DNA from: Bacteroidia bacterium
GTDB lineage: Bacteria; Bacteroidota; Bacteroidia; M30B66
Assembly: GCA_965279035.1 (NCBI GenBank)
Contig: OZ257142.1
Span: 2,944,001-3,008,000, forward strand
Direction of reading: 5' to 3'
DNA: 64,000 nucleotides
The position numbers and the translations under genes were made by a program. The notes beneath the pieces are model-generated. The model saw only the letters and a program-made list of their open reading frames with translations, was not told the DNA's origin and did not search any database. The first letter of the stretch is position 1, and each line of letters starts with the position of its first letter. Positions 1 to 11,100 of the stretch are shown here, piece by piece.

Positions 1-735
1 AATAATTCTCACATCCGTTTTGTATTCCAATTTGGAATTAACTGATAAATCTATCTTTTCAAAACATGGGTTAGGATAGAGAAATAGCTCTTCAGTCTTT
101 GAATTAATATCAAAAATTCCTGTTGGTAAAACATTGACTAAAAAATGGTCGATCACCTGACAACCAGCCGAATCAATCATAGTTAATGTAAACCACGTTG
201 TTGTATCGGGACTACTCATTGTGCTAATGGCATGTGGATTAGCCAAACAATAATTGGGTGTCCAACTATAACTAACAGGTTCAATTCCACCAAAGATGAA
301 AGGTGTAATAATGGCACTATCGCCAAGATGAATGGTCGCCGGAAAATTTTCTAAAGAAGTTATCCAATTAGAAGTCCTAACACGAATAGTATCATAACAT
401 TGGTTTCCAATGGAATCGGTTACAGTTAAGTAAAAGTAATGATAATTGTATTCTGAGAATGTTGCAATTAATTGTGGATTGGCGCTAGTTGTATCATCCA
501 ATAAATCGGAAGCATATACTTGAAATGTAACATTCCAAATTAAAAATGAATCCCGAAACGCCCACCGATACGTATATGGGGCCTCGCCTCCAGTAGCAGT
601 TGGTTCTGAGCCTAGCTGAAATCCTCCTAAACCATATTCTGCACATAAAATAGTATCACGACCTGCATGTGCAACACATTGACTTTTAACTTGAACAGAA
701 AAAATAATAAATACAAGAATTAATCTAAGTCGCAT
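1..735 (-). CDS. T9SS type A sorting domain protein (3' end runs off the window)
   Basis: Not in ORF track; manual translation from ATG at 735: MRLRLILVFIIFSVQVKSQCVAHAGRDT...TGIFDINSKTEELFLYPNP; signal peptide and YPNP CTD start. Confidence 0.8.
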   Translation of the reverse strand, partial: MRLRLILVFIIFSVQVKSQCVAHAGRDTILCAEYGLGGFQLGSEPTATGGEAPYTYRWAFRDSFLIWNVTFQVYASDLLDDTTSANPQLIATFSEYNYHYFYLTVTDSIGNQCYDTIRVRTSNWITSLENFPATIHLGDSAIITPFIFGGIEPVSYSWTPNYCLANPHAISTMSSPDTTTWFTLTMIDSAGCQVIDHFLVNVLPTGIFDINSKTEELFLYPNPCFEKIDLSVNSKLEYKTDVRII

Positions 736-838
736 GGCTAATTAAAATATCAATGAAAGATAATGAAAATTAGAAATTATATCTTCCCTTTAAACCTTAT
801 ATAAATACCCTACTCCCTCACCCGCCAAAACCCGAAAC

Positions 839-2536
839 ATGAAGAAAGTAATTCTATCCTTTTTTATCTTTTTATCGTACACAATCACCTCGTTTTCACA
901 AACCTATAATCAACTTCATATTCCCGACACCCTAAACGGAACCACCTTTAACCTCGTCATGCGCGATACCTTTGCACAGCTTCGTTCGGGAAATCAAACC
1001 ATCACCGGTGGTATAAATGCCAGTTTCTGGGGACCAACTTTATTCTTCAATCAAGGCGATACCGTTCACCTGAATGTGCAAAATAACCTCAATGATTCCA
1101 CTACCCTGCATTGGCATGGTATGCACCTACCAGCGGTGATGGATGGCGGTCCTCATCAAATCATCCCGCCAGGAACGCTTTGGCAACCTTACTGGAAAGT
1201 CACCAATAATGCCGGAACTTATTGGTATCACCCGCATCTTCACCAAATGACACTCGAACATGTAACCAAAGGTTTAGGTGGTTTAATCATCGTTCGCGAT
1301 CCTGCTGAGGCTGCACTTGCAATCCCGCGTCGCTATGGAATCGATGATTTTCCTTTGGTTCTCACATCTCGTCGTTACGATACCAACAATCAATTTCAAA
1401 CGGTTAATACTTCGTATGGCGATTATATGCTTAGCAATGGAACTCCCGATGCTGAAGTAACACTTCCTAAGCAATTCGTTCGTTTACGCATTTTAAATGG
1501 GGAAATTGAACGTGGATACGACCTCGGTTTTAGCGATAACAGAACATTTTATATCATTGGAAATGATGGTGGTTTGCTCGATGCTCCTGTGTCTGTTACG
1601 CGTGTAAAAATCATGGTGGGCGAACGTGTAGAAATCTTAGTCGATCTCAGCAACGACGCACTTGGCAGCAGCCTCGATCTAAAAGCCTTTAATTCTGGAC
1701 AAGCATTCGGATTTCCGGGTGGAGAACCAAATACATCTGGACAATTCGGAAGTTTACTTAACAACACCGATTTTAAAGTATTGCATATCAATATTGGAGC
1801 TGCTACAAATAATCCAATTACAAGCCTGCCTAGTACTTTGGTTTCCAATACCTATTTCACTGCTTCTCAAGCAACAGTAACGCGTAATGTAGCAATCACA
1901 GGTGGACAAGGTCCCAATCCATTCACGTTCGATAATACTGGTTTTGTTTTCGAAACAATTAACAAAACGGTAAATCTGAATACAATCGAAAAATGGACAG
2001 TGACGAATAACAATATTTTCGGACATGCATTTCACATTCACGATGTTGAATTTAAAATTGTCGAACGTAATGGAAGTGCCGCCAATGTTGGTTCACACGA
2101 ATCGGGATGGAAAGATGTGATGTATGTTCCAAGAAATGAATCGGTATCGTTTGTTGCTAAATTCGACGATTATGCCGATGCCATTCACCCATTTATGTAT
2201 CACTGCCATTTCAGTAATCACGAAGATGGTGGAATGATGGGACAATTTATTGTTACCGATCCGGCACTTGGTTTATCCTCTGTAAAAAAAGAATTAGCAT
2301 TCAGTGTATTTCCAAATCCGGCAAATAATCGCGTGTATTTAAAGGTAAATTCAATCGATAATGACGTGTATTATGTGACTGTTCGCAACCTTCAAGGAAA
2401 AGCATTAATCATGTTGCCAAAACCGCAATTAGAAACAGGAATTGATGTATCAACATTACCCGCAGGCATGTATTTATTGGATGTGATGGATACAAAAACT
2501 AAATCACTTCAAACGGTAAAATTCATCAAGAATTAA
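839..2536 (+). CDS. Multicopper oxidase (CueO/CotA-like) with T9SS C-terminal domain
   Basis: HWHG, WYHPH, HAFHIH and HCHFSNHEDGGMM copper motifs; signal peptide; VFPNP...GMYLL CTD. Confidence 0.93.
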   Translation: MKKVILSFFIFLSYTITSFSQTYNQLHIPDTLNGTTFNLVMRDTFAQLRSGNQTITGGINASFWGPTLFFNQGDTVHLNVQNNLNDSTTLHWHGMHLPAVMDGGPHQIIPPGTLWQPYWKVTNNAGTYWYHPHLHQMTLEHVTKGLGGLIIVRDPAEAALAIPRRYGIDDFPLVLTSRRYDTNNQFQTVNTSYGDYMLSNGTPDAEVTLPKQFVRLRILNGEIERGYDLGFSDNRTFYIIGNDGGLLDAPVSVTRVKIMVGERVEILVDLSNDALGSSLDLKAFNSGQAFGFPGGEPNTSGQFGSLLNNTDFKVLHINIGAATNNPITSLPSTLVSNTYFTASQATVTRNVAITGGQGPNPFTFDNTGFVFETINKTVNLNTIEKWTVTNNNIFGHAFHIHDVEFKIVERNGSAANVGSHESGWKDVMYVPRNESVSFVAKFDDYADAIHPFMYHCHFSNHEDGGMMGQFIVTDPALGLSSVKKELAFSVFPNPANNRVYLKVNSIDNDVYYVTVRNLQGKALIMLPKPQLETGIDVSTLPAGMYLLDVMDTKTKSLQTVKFIKN

Positions 2537-2549
2537 ATAATTAAAAATC

Positions 2550-3134
2550 ATGCGAAATTGTTTGCTAATAGGATTGATTTTTCTAGTTAAAATTGGCTTT
2601 TCACAGCTGAATTTAGGCTACGAAAAATTCAGTTTACGCAATGTCGATAATCGCATGATTTCATTCGATTCCTATCCCGAAGCCAAAGGATTTATTATTG
2701 TTTTCACCTGCAATCATTGTCCGTTTGCGAAGCTTTATAGTCAACGCTTAAATGCATTAAATTCCACTTACGCAAAACTCGGAATTCCTTTGCTGGCAAT
2801 CAATCCCATGGATACTTTGCTATACGATGAAGAGCGATTCGAACTCATGCAAAAAAAGGCAATTACCGATCAATTTAATTTCCCGTATTTACAAGATCCA
2901 ACACAAATTGCAGGTAAATATTTCAATGCCCAACATACACCGCAGGTCTTTATTGTATGGAAAGAAAATGGGAAATTAACAGTCAAATACAAAGGTGCAA
3001 TCGACGATAATGGCGATTATCCCGAATTGGCGCATTCCTATATTGCCCCAGTAATTGAGTCCTTATTACAAAATCAAGAAGTTAAAACACCCGAAACACC
3101 TTCGTTTGGCTGCAAAATATATTACCGAAAATAG
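2550..3134 (+). CDS. Thioredoxin-fold AhpC/TSA family protein
   Basis: FTCNHCPF motif, YKGAIDD, C-terminal GCKI. Confidence 0.85.
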   Translation: MRNCLLIGLIFLVKIGFSQLNLGYEKFSLRNVDNRMISFDSYPEAKGFIIVFTCNHCPFAKLYSQRLNALNSTYAKLGIPLLAINPMDTLLYDEERFELMQKKAITDQFNFPYLQDPTQIAGKYFNAQHTPQVFIVWKENGKLTVKYKGAIDDNGDYPELAHSYIAPVIESLLQNQEVKTPETPSFGCKIYYRK

Positions 3135-3136
3135 TT

Positions 3137-3252
3137 GGGGCTGCCCCTTTTAATTTCATTTCGCACATGCCTGCCCAATTAAAACGGTCGGGCTTTACGT
3201 TGCAATTTTTTGTTCGTTCCTCTCAAAAAGATTTCCGCTGCAATCCCTCAGC
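3137..3252 (+). ncRNA. Flavo-1-like structured element
   Basis: GGGGCTGCCCC...GGTCGGGCTTT...CCGCTGCAATCCCTCAGC directly after a stop codon; same architecture as 41797-41855; family assignment from memory. Confidence 0.6.
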
Positions 3253-3312
3253 CGGCTTAGCGTAAATAATGGTCGAACATCCTATATTAGAGCAGTTATT
3301 TCCAACGATTTC

Positions 3313-5640
3313 ATGAAGAAAATCTACCTCCTTTTTCTTTGCAGTTTTCTATGCTTTTCTAATGCCTTTTCTCAATGCTGTACGTATAGTATTAACATGC
3401 ACGATAGCTACGGCGATGGTTGGAATGGTGGCACTCTAGAGATATTTCGTAACAATCAATCACTCGGAATATTTACCGCTTCCAATTTCGGAACAGTCGA
3501 TACATTTCAAGTCTGCACCGGAGACTCCATCCGATTACAATACACCGCTGCCGATTATGAAGAGGAAAATTCCTATGCTTTAATCGATGCAGCCCATAAC
3601 GTGTTGTACTCGGCTGGTCCCAATCCTGACACAGGAATCGTATTCAACAATATAGCCAATTGCAATACTTTACCTGCTCCCGGAACTAGCGCCTGCACGG
3701 CCATTCCCATTGATACAGGAGCATGCGTTCAAACGTCCAACACCAATTTCCCTGGCTCGGGTTTAAATCCTGGATGTGCTAATTATGCCGGAGCGGATAT
3801 CTGGTATAAACTCATTGTTCCACCATCGGGTAATGTGTATTTCAATACTTCCAATGGTGGATTAACCGATACCGGACTTGCGCTTTGGATTCAACCCGAT
3901 AGTTCATGTTTTTCACTACAAGCAATAGCCTGCGACGATGATGGTGGAGGTGGATATTATTCCCTAGTCGCAGGTTATGACCTCATTCCCGGACAAACGC
4001 TCTACATCCAAGCATTTGGCTATGGTGGCGGAACAGGCGAATTTCAACTCTGTGCGCACGATTTAGGAATCATCCAATTTGATGGATCCGAACTTCCAAT
4101 AGTGCTTATCAATACTCAAAACCAACCCATTGTTCCCGAAACTAAAATTGATGCACTCATGGACATCAAATACAACGGTGATGGGAACTACACGCTGCTA
4201 AATCAAGAGCCGAATATTTATAGCGGACACATAGGTATTGAAATTCGTGGAGCTACATCAGCTGGTTATCCTCAACGTCCATATGGGTTCGAAACACGCG
4301 ACAATCTAGGAGAAAATTTGGATGTAGAATTATTGGGCATGCCAGCCGAAAACGATTGGGTGCTATTATCGAACTACAATGATCGTTCGTTCATACGCAA
4401 CACGTTAGCATTTAAACTGGCTAATTGGATGGGACAATATGCTTCCCGCACCAAACTCTGCGAAGTGATGATCGACAGTTCCTACAAAGGAATTTATGTA
4501 TTTGGGGAGAAAATAAAACGGAATGCAAATCGGGTGGATATTGCTAAATTATATAGCTACGAAAATGCTGGAGATGATTTAACAGGTGGATATATTTTCT
4601 CGCAAAATTATTGGGACGATAATAACAGTTTTTTATCGAATTATTCGCCTATTGACCATCCCGAAATGCAGGTGCATTTTATTTACGAATATCCCAAACT
4701 CGACTCTATTTCACAGAACCAACGGAATTATTTACGCGATTATGTTGATAGTTTAGAAACGGCTTTATACAGTCCCAATTTCGCTGATACTGCTACTGGA
4801 TATCGTAAATATTTAGACACGAAATCGTTTATCGATTATTTTCTGATTAATGAATTATCGCGCAATAACGATGGATTTAAAAAGAGTGAATTCTTTTTTA
4901 AAGATAAATTCTCCAATGGCGGAAAAGTGCATGCTGGTCCCGTTTGGGATTTTGACTGGGCTTGGAAAAATATGGCTACCTGTGATATTTTCTCTGCAAT
5001 AGATGGTTCTGGTTGGGCGCATGAAATAAATAATTGCGCAACCGACAATCCTTCTTGTGGTTGGTATGTGCGACTTTTACAAGACACATCTTTTCAAAAT
5101 GAACTACGCTGCACGTATGAGTCATACCGAGATCAATTCTTCAATACAGAATACATTTTCGGTTACATCGATAGTGTAGGAACGCTCGTACAAAATGCAC
5201 AAGCACGTCATTTTAAAAAATGGCCTATATTAGGAGTTAGCGGTCCGGCACCTGAAATCGGCATTATTCCAACTACCTACACTGCCGAATTAGACACTCT
5301 CAAAATGTGGGTCATGAAACGTCTAGCATGGTTAGATGCAGCCATTCCCGGATATTGTTGGCCTGATCAAACAGGCATTAAGGAAGTCGAAAATGGTGAT
5401 TTAACTGTATATCCTAATCCAAGCAAAGGAATCGTTGAATTAAGCGGTTGGAATGAAAGCAATTCTCCTGTGAATATTCAGGTATTCGACACTTCAGGCA
5501 GATTGATATTGCAGGAAAATTGTCAAACAAAGAATCTACAAAAACACAACATTCAATTAAGTAAACCCGGCTTGTATTTGCTCCAGGTTCAGCTTAAAAA
5601 TGGGAATGTTCGTTTGAGTAAAATACTAGTGGAAGAATAA
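3313..5640 (+). CDS. CotH kinase family protein with T9SS C-terminal domain
   Basis: IEIRGATS, NDWVL, GPVWDFD CotH motifs; DSYGDGWNG N-terminal motif; VYPNPS CTD. Confidence 0.88.
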   Translation: MKKIYLLFLCSFLCFSNAFSQCCTYSINMHDSYGDGWNGGTLEIFRNNQSLGIFTASNFGTVDTFQVCTGDSIRLQYTAADYEEENSYALIDAAHNVLYSAGPNPDTGIVFNNIANCNTLPAPGTSACTAIPIDTGACVQTSNTNFPGSGLNPGCANYAGADIWYKLIVPPSGNVYFNTSNGGLTDTGLALWIQPDSSCFSLQAIACDDDGGGGYYSLVAGYDLIPGQTLYIQAFGYGGGTGEFQLCAHDLGIIQFDGSELPIVLINTQNQPIVPETKIDALMDIKYNGDGNYTLLNQEPNIYSGHIGIEIRGATSAGYPQRPYGFETRDNLGENLDVELLGMPAENDWVLLSNYNDRSFIRNTLAFKLANWMGQYASRTKLCEVMIDSSYKGIYVFGEKIKRNANRVDIAKLYSYENAGDDLTGGYIFSQNYWDDNNSFLSNYSPIDHPEMQVHFIYEYPKLDSISQNQRNYLRDYVDSLETALYSPNFADTATGYRKYLDTKSFIDYFLINELSRNNDGFKKSEFFFKDKFSNGGKVHAGPVWDFDWAWKNMATCDIFSAIDGSGWAHEINNCATDNPSCGWYVRLLQDTSFQNELRCTYESYRDQFFNTEYIFGYIDSVGTLVQNAQARHFKKWPILGVSGPAPEIGIIPTTYTAELDTLKMWVMKRLAWLDAAIPGYCWPDQTGIKEVENGDLTVYPNPSKGIVELSGWNESNSPVNIQVFDTSGRLILQENCQTKNLQKHNIQLSKPGLYLLQVQLKNGNVRLSKILVEE

Positions 5641-5644
5641 GGAA

Positions 5645-6052
5645 TTAAAGTTCAATAGAAAGCAATTCATTACCCAATTGGTGTAATGCTTTTTCTATTT
5701 TCTTTAATTGAGGTTTACGTGGCGATTTTAACCCAGAAGCATAATGCTGCAATTGTCGTTGATTGATTCCTGTTAGCTTTTCCAAAGCTGAATGAGTAAA
5801 TATTCCTTTATAATAATTCAGAATACTAATGCAGTCGAGTTGATAGATTAACGTGAATTTCCCTTTTAATACAAGAGGCAAATCGGCATTGTTATGCATG
5901 TATAAAACCAATGATTTTTCCAAAGATTTTTTTGCTTCAGCAGCAGAATCTCCTGCACCATATATACCCGGAATATCTGCTATATAAGCACCAAAATCAT
6001 CCGAACCTTTGGTAATGATTACCTTAATTTTCTCAGTATTCATTTTTTTCAT
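5645..6052 (-). CDS. hicB: HicB family antitoxin with C-terminal HTH
   Basis: FGAYIADIPGIYGAGDS RNase H-like fold; TGINQRQLQHYASG HTH; immediately follows a HicA-like ORF. Confidence 0.85.
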   Translation of the reverse strand: MKKMNTEKIKVIITKGSDDFGAYIADIPGIYGAGDSAAEAKKSLEKSLVLYMHNNADLPLVLKGKFTLIYQLDCISILNYYKGIFTHSALEKLTGINQRQLQHYASGLKSPRKPQLKKIEKALHQLGNELLSIEL

Positions 6053-6229
6053 TTAAATATTCATGTCTTTGAAAATTTTAAAACGCAATCCCTCACTCAT
6101 TTCTTTACTTCCATGAAATGGTACCGGATAAACACGACCATCTTTTTCATAGAGATAATGGCTTCCTTCTGCTTTTAAATATTTCCACCCAGCCTTTCTA
6201 ATTCTTTTATGTACCTCAGAGTATTTCAT
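6053..6229 (-). CDS. hicA: HicA family toxin (58 aa, below ORF track cutoff)
   Basis: Manual translation MKYSEVHKRIRKAGWKYLKAEGSHYLYEKDGRVYPVPFHGSKEMSEGLRFKIFKDMNI; GW...GSH...VPxH pattern. Confidence 0.88.
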   Translation of the reverse strand: MKYSEVHKRIRKAGWKYLKAEGSHYLYEKDGRVYPVPFHGSKEMSEGLRFKIFKDMNI

Positions 6230-6248
6230 AAAAGAACTGACTGATTTC

Positions 6249-6268
6249 CAAAGGTAGTAATTCTACTA
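6249..6268 (-). promoter_or_regulatory. hicAB -7 promoter box with overlapping palindromic operator
   Basis: TACCTTTG on minus strand (6249-6256) fits TAnnTTTG; palindrome TAGTA-ATTC-TACTA at 6255-6268. Confidence 0.6.
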
Positions 6269-6551
6269 TCATATATGCTAATTTTTAACTATAATTTCTA
6301 GTGTAAAATTAAACCGTAACGAAATAAGAAAAGAAAAAAGATATCCAGTTTAACTATAAATAATTCTCCTAGAAATGAGCTATTTCAATCAAAAAGTAGA
6401 ATACAATGCAAACAACTAGGAGACAAAATTTTGAATAAATGATGATTTAAACTATTAAACTTATTACTGACTCGCTTTCAAAAGAGTATTTTGAAATAGC
6501 ATTTTTAGCTTTATAATTAATAAAATATTGGTCAATTCTAAATATCTAAAT

Positions 6552-6582
6552 AAAAAAAAAGACGCCATAAAGCGTCTTTTTT
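6552..6582 (-). terminator. Intrinsic terminator, probably the original tRNA-Met terminator
   Basis: AAAAAAGACGC-CATAAA-GCGTCTTTTTT hairpin with T tracts, just beyond the duplicated tRNA 3' end. Confidence 0.7.
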
Positions 6583-6587
6583 ATATC

Positions 6588-6636
6588 TAGTAGCGGGGAC
6601 GGGAGTTGAACCCGTGACCTCAGGGTTATGAATCCT
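6588..6636 (-). repeat. att site: 49-bp duplicate of tRNA-Met 3' part
   Basis: Identical to 24424-24472 (TAGTAGCGGGGACGGG...TTATGAATCCT). Confidence 0.95.
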
Positions 6637-6689
6637 AAAATGTATGTCTTCAAACAAAAGTGGACTTTTACTTAGAGAGTATTTCATTA

Positions 6690-7706
6690 TCAAATCAAAA
6701 TTAGATTTAAATTTTGATTTTGTGATTTGAGTTTAGATTTTATCATCTCATATTCCATTCTTCTTGAGTTTAATGCTTCGTGTTTTAAGCGTTTTCTTTC
6801 TTTAAGGATTTGATCACCTCTTCCATAGTATATATCAGCAGGAGTTAGGTTTTGCAATGATTCATGATAACGTTGGTTATTGTAATTATCAACAAATTTT
6901 CCCAGGGCATCTTCAAGTTCTTCCGGACAATAATAGTGATTTAGCTTAACCACGTTTTTCATTGTACGATGATAACGTTCTATTTTACCTTGTGTTTGAG
7001 GATGAAAAGGCCTACCGTGTATTTGATCTATCTCATGGTTTTGCTTAAGGTAAGCACTGAGTTCCGCAGCAATATAACATGAACCATTATCCGATAATAG
7101 TTTGGGACGAGGCTTTGACAGTAATTTGGCCTTTTTAATGGCTCTATCAACGGTTCTTTTTACATCTTCAACTTTCATCCCAGAACAGAGTTCCCAATGC
7201 ACAATATATCGGCTGTAATCATCTAAGATGGTACTTAAATAATACCAGCCCCAACCAATGATTTTAAAGTAAGTAAAGTCTGTTTGCCACATTTGATGAA
7301 CAAATCCTGTTTTCTTAGAAAATTCATCGGCTGCTGAAATGAAAATATGGGCTGGTGAATTGATTAAGCCTCTCGATTTCAAAATACGATAAACGCTCGA
7401 TTCTGAAATGAAAATCTGTTGCTCATCAGTTAGCTTAAAAGCAAGTTCACGAGATGATAATTCAGGATAATTCAAAGCAAGATCTACTACAAGATTCTTT
7501 TGCTGTTGTGGAATACTATTCCATTGCCTTTTTAAAACCCGCTTGCTTGGATTTAAGCCATCAACGCCGTTGTCAGCATATGATTTATACCATTTGTAAA
7601 ATGTGCTCTTATTAAGCCCTATTTCACGTAAGGTGCGATTGACACCAATTTCAGATTGAACAACGAGATCGATGAGTTCCTGCTTTTCGGATGCTGTAAA
7701 ACGCAT
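6690..7706 (-). CDS. Transposase OrfB (rve DDE integrase core)
   Basis: WQTDFTY, LSDNG, PQTQGKIER; frame open back to the A-run slippery site in orfA (-1 frameshift). Confidence 0.93.
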   Translation of the reverse strand: MRFTASEKQELIDLVVQSEIGVNRTLREIGLNKSTFYKWYKSYADNGVDGLNPSKRVLKRQWNSIPQQQKNLVVDLALNYPELSSRELAFKLTDEQQIFISESSVYRILKSRGLINSPAHIFISAADEFSKKTGFVHQMWQTDFTYFKIIGWGWYYLSTILDDYSRYIVHWELCSGMKVEDVKRTVDRAIKKAKLLSKPRPKLLSDNGSCYIAAELSAYLKQNHEIDQIHGRPFHPQTQGKIERYHRTMKNVVKLNHYYCPEELEDALGKFVDNYNNQRYHESLQNLTPADIYYGRGDQILKERKRLKHEALNSRRMEYEMIKSKLKSQNQNLNLILI

Positions 7707-7726
7707 ATATTTTTTCAGTTTTACAG

Positions 7727-8080
7727 TTAATCCAGCATGGACAAGCTTTTTTTTACAATGTCATAGCGCAAAACCAAATCAGCGACCATTTCCTTTAAGC
7801 GCTGATTTTCTTTGCGAAGCTCTGACACTTCATCACTCGTAGCTTCGCGGGTTACATCACCGGAGAGACGCTTCTTACCTGCTTCCAAAAACTCCTTATT
7901 CCATTTATAAAATTGACTCTCCTGTATAGAATACTTCCTACACAATTCTGCTACTGACAATTCAGCACGCAATGCCTCCATAACTATCTGGATCTTCTGT
8001 TCTGAACTGAAAATTCTTCTTGTCTTTCTGCGGATTTCTTTAATGTAATTCTCGGTCGTTTGTTTTTTCTTTGTTTCCAT
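7727..8080 (-). CDS. Transposase OrfA (HTH)
   Basis: FSSEQKIQIV...SVAELCRKYSI...FYKW; GTAAAAAAAAGC slippery motif near the end. Confidence 0.9.
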   Translation of the reverse strand: METKKKQTTENYIKEIRRKTRRIFSSEQKIQIVMEALRAELSVAELCRKYSIQESQFYKWNKEFLEAGKKRLSGDVTREATSDEVSELRKENQRLKEMVADLVLRYDIVKKSLSMLD

Positions 8081-8162
8081 GGTTGTTAAAATTAAAAATA
8101 TAACTTAGAAACACTCTCTTAGTTTTGACTATATTTAGTCCACTTTATGCTGACGATTTACA

Positions 8163-11100
8163 AGTAATAGAAGACGGAGTAATGTTTACAGGAACTATAG
8201 TACTATTATTACCAATGCTTCCTCTACTGTTAAATGTGTTAGGACTAACATTCCAAGTCCCAAATGCCCAATTGGCATTACAATCAGTAAAATCTGAAGG
8301 AGGTATAATCCAACATGCATATGTGCGTGATTCGCTAACATAAGGTGGATAGATTGTTCCATAATCATTAGAGTTTGATAAAACAGTCCATCCAGAAGTT
8401 GATCCACTAGTAGTTGATTGATTTACCCCTTGTTTATAATACCATCTATATTGGTAACCTTGAAGGCAATTACTTTCAATATAATCGCCTGGGACGTTCT
8501 CAAATGAGATCGATGATGAAGTTGTACCTGAACAATATTCAATATTTCCATTCCCAATTGATCCATAATCAACAATTTTATAATTGAGTAAAGTATTATT
8601 TAAAATTTTGTATCTATCACAATCATACACCCAATAAGCGTATACTCTAGATTTGAATAATAATGGAGGGTCAATATTTCCAACAACTCCAGTACTAATC
8701 CAATTTGAAATATCAATATTTCTAAGATCTACTTCAATACAATTATTATTATCAATTTGATCAAAATCCAAATAGCGCCATTCGCCATTAAGCCCATTAT
8801 TATTTATATAAATTGGGGTTGGATCGTAAGAACCACAATAATAGCCTGTGTCTGACGAGAATGAACCTGGAGGAAATGAACTCCCTGTATTTGCCCCAAT
8901 ATCTAAATATGAAAAATTATTATTGGATATTCCATAAACAAGCGGCAAATAACCTTCACACCCAATCTGACCAATAGTAATATAACCATCAGATGCATAT
9001 AAATTATATAAATTAAAGTGCCCATTAGGACTTCTGTTAATATAACCAGTTCTATTAGAAACTAGATTATCAATAGTTCCATCTCCAAATTGAATATTAT
9101 AGTTATAATAGTAGGCAATTTGATTTATGTCTATTGGTAAATCAAATTGAAATGATCCTGAATTGGAGGGTTCATAGCCACAACTTGGATTTATTATTGG
9201 GTTTAGAATTGAAATTTGATTCCCACTGGCTTTTATCTTTATCGTATTTCCACACCATCCACTAGGTAAACAATTTTGTGCAACATTTCTGCTAACATAA
9301 CATGCATAGGTCCTATCAGAATTAAAAATAGTTGTTGTTGCGCCCGAAGTTGAATCTAAATCACCATTTAGTGGCAACCATCCTGTAACATCATTTCCAA
9401 AAGGAACATCTTCTATTATCCCCTCTTTATAATACCATTGTATATTTATATTTGGATTTGCTCCAATAACATCTTGAAGTAACAAAGAGATTGAAATATC
9501 ATCTTGACCACAATAATTATAAACTCCGTTTCTTAAAAAAATATAATCTGAAGCAGGACTTGTATATGTATCTAATACTGCAGTACCTAAACTGTAATTT
9601 TCATTTAAAGTAATATTAGATAAATTGGGATTTCCAGTAATTGCTGGATTTGAAGAAACAACCCTAATTCTGTAACTAGAACCAATTTGAGAAGAAATAG
9701 GTATATTCGAAATTATAGGACTGGTTAAACCAATTCCAATATATGTTGGATTAGCAAATGAACCTAATGGATCTGATAATTGAGCTACAAAAGAGTTTCC
9801 AGATTGAAAAATACTAGTTGTTGAAAAAGGTATAGATACTTGATCTCCTATACAAAAACTTCCCAATGCTAGATTTGAAGTTGTAATTGTAGGATAATTT
9901 GAAACAATTACTGAAATAGATGCTTTAGGACTTTCGCATACGCCAACTGTTTGACTTACAAAATATTGAGTATTGCCAGCTATTAAAGTAGATGGAATTG
10001 GAGCATTTGTTAATGAATTACCCCCAACTAATTCATTATACCATTTTAAATTAGTACCAGTAGCAGACAATTGTGTACTAGTGTTTCCTAAATAATAGTT
10101 TTGTGTTGAAACAACAACAGGTGCGCTTGGTGCCAGAGTAGCACTTACATTCACAGTAATTTGGGTTCTTGGGCTTTCTGGACAGCCAATGGCAGTTTGA
10201 GATACCCAATAATTAAAAACACCAGATGAAACTGTACTAGGTATAGGAGTTGTTGTTGAAGAATTTCCCCCGGTTGATGTTGTGTACCATAAAAGACCTG
10301 TCCCAGATACATTTAAAGGTGATGAAGGTGAATTTCTGCAATATGAAATTGGGGATACAGCTGATGGAGCAACAGGTTGAGCGTTTACAATAATTTGATA
10401 TCCAATCCTTGAACTTTCACATCCAAATTCACTTGTTTGCGAAAGATAATATGTTTGAAAACCAACATTTGAACTATTGGGGGTTGGTGGTGTAGGTAAA
10501 GCATTTCCTCCTGATGAATTTGTGTACCACTTGATATTAGTTCCAATTGCTGTAAGTGCAGATGTACTAGCTCCTTGGCATATGTATAATGGTGTAGTTA
10601 TTATTGGAGAACTAGGAATTGGTTGAATTCTAACAGTAATTAAACTTCTATTACTTTCTATATTATTTTCTGTTTGAGAAACATAATATGTATAATTACC
10701 CTCAATACTTGTATTGGGTAATGGTGCTGTTAATGAGAAATTCCCTCCATTTTCTGATGTATACCATTTTAAGTTAGATCCAGTTGCATTTAATGTTGAT
10801 GATAAACTATTTTTACATAAGTCTATTGGTGAATTTACTACAGGTGAAGGTGGAATTGCAATTATAGTTTTACTTTTAGCTGAACTTCCTGAGGAATTCG
10901 TTACTGTTAGAGTTATCGTATAAGTTCCTGAAGATGTAAAACTAATTGTTGGATTTATACTAGAAGAACTTGACCCTGATTGGTAATTCCATCCTGTTGA
11001 AGGAGAAATAGTCCATAATCTAGTACTCGGAGAATTAAAGGAGTTGTCACTTATATTAATAAGTGTCCCTTGAATAACAGACACCTGATCATTAACATTT

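Larger units (their letters stand above)
6641..8162 (-). mobile_element. IS3/IS481-type insertion sequence (1522 bp)
   Basis: Imperfect TIRs TGTATGTCTTCAAACAAAAGTGGACT / revcomp TGTAAATCGTCAGCATAAAGTGGACT (19/26); no target duplication. Confidence 0.88.

Noticed and set aside
6588-6636. Second tRNA-Met gene
   Set aside because: Only the 3' part is present; no D-arm or 5' acceptor strand, so it is an att duplicate.
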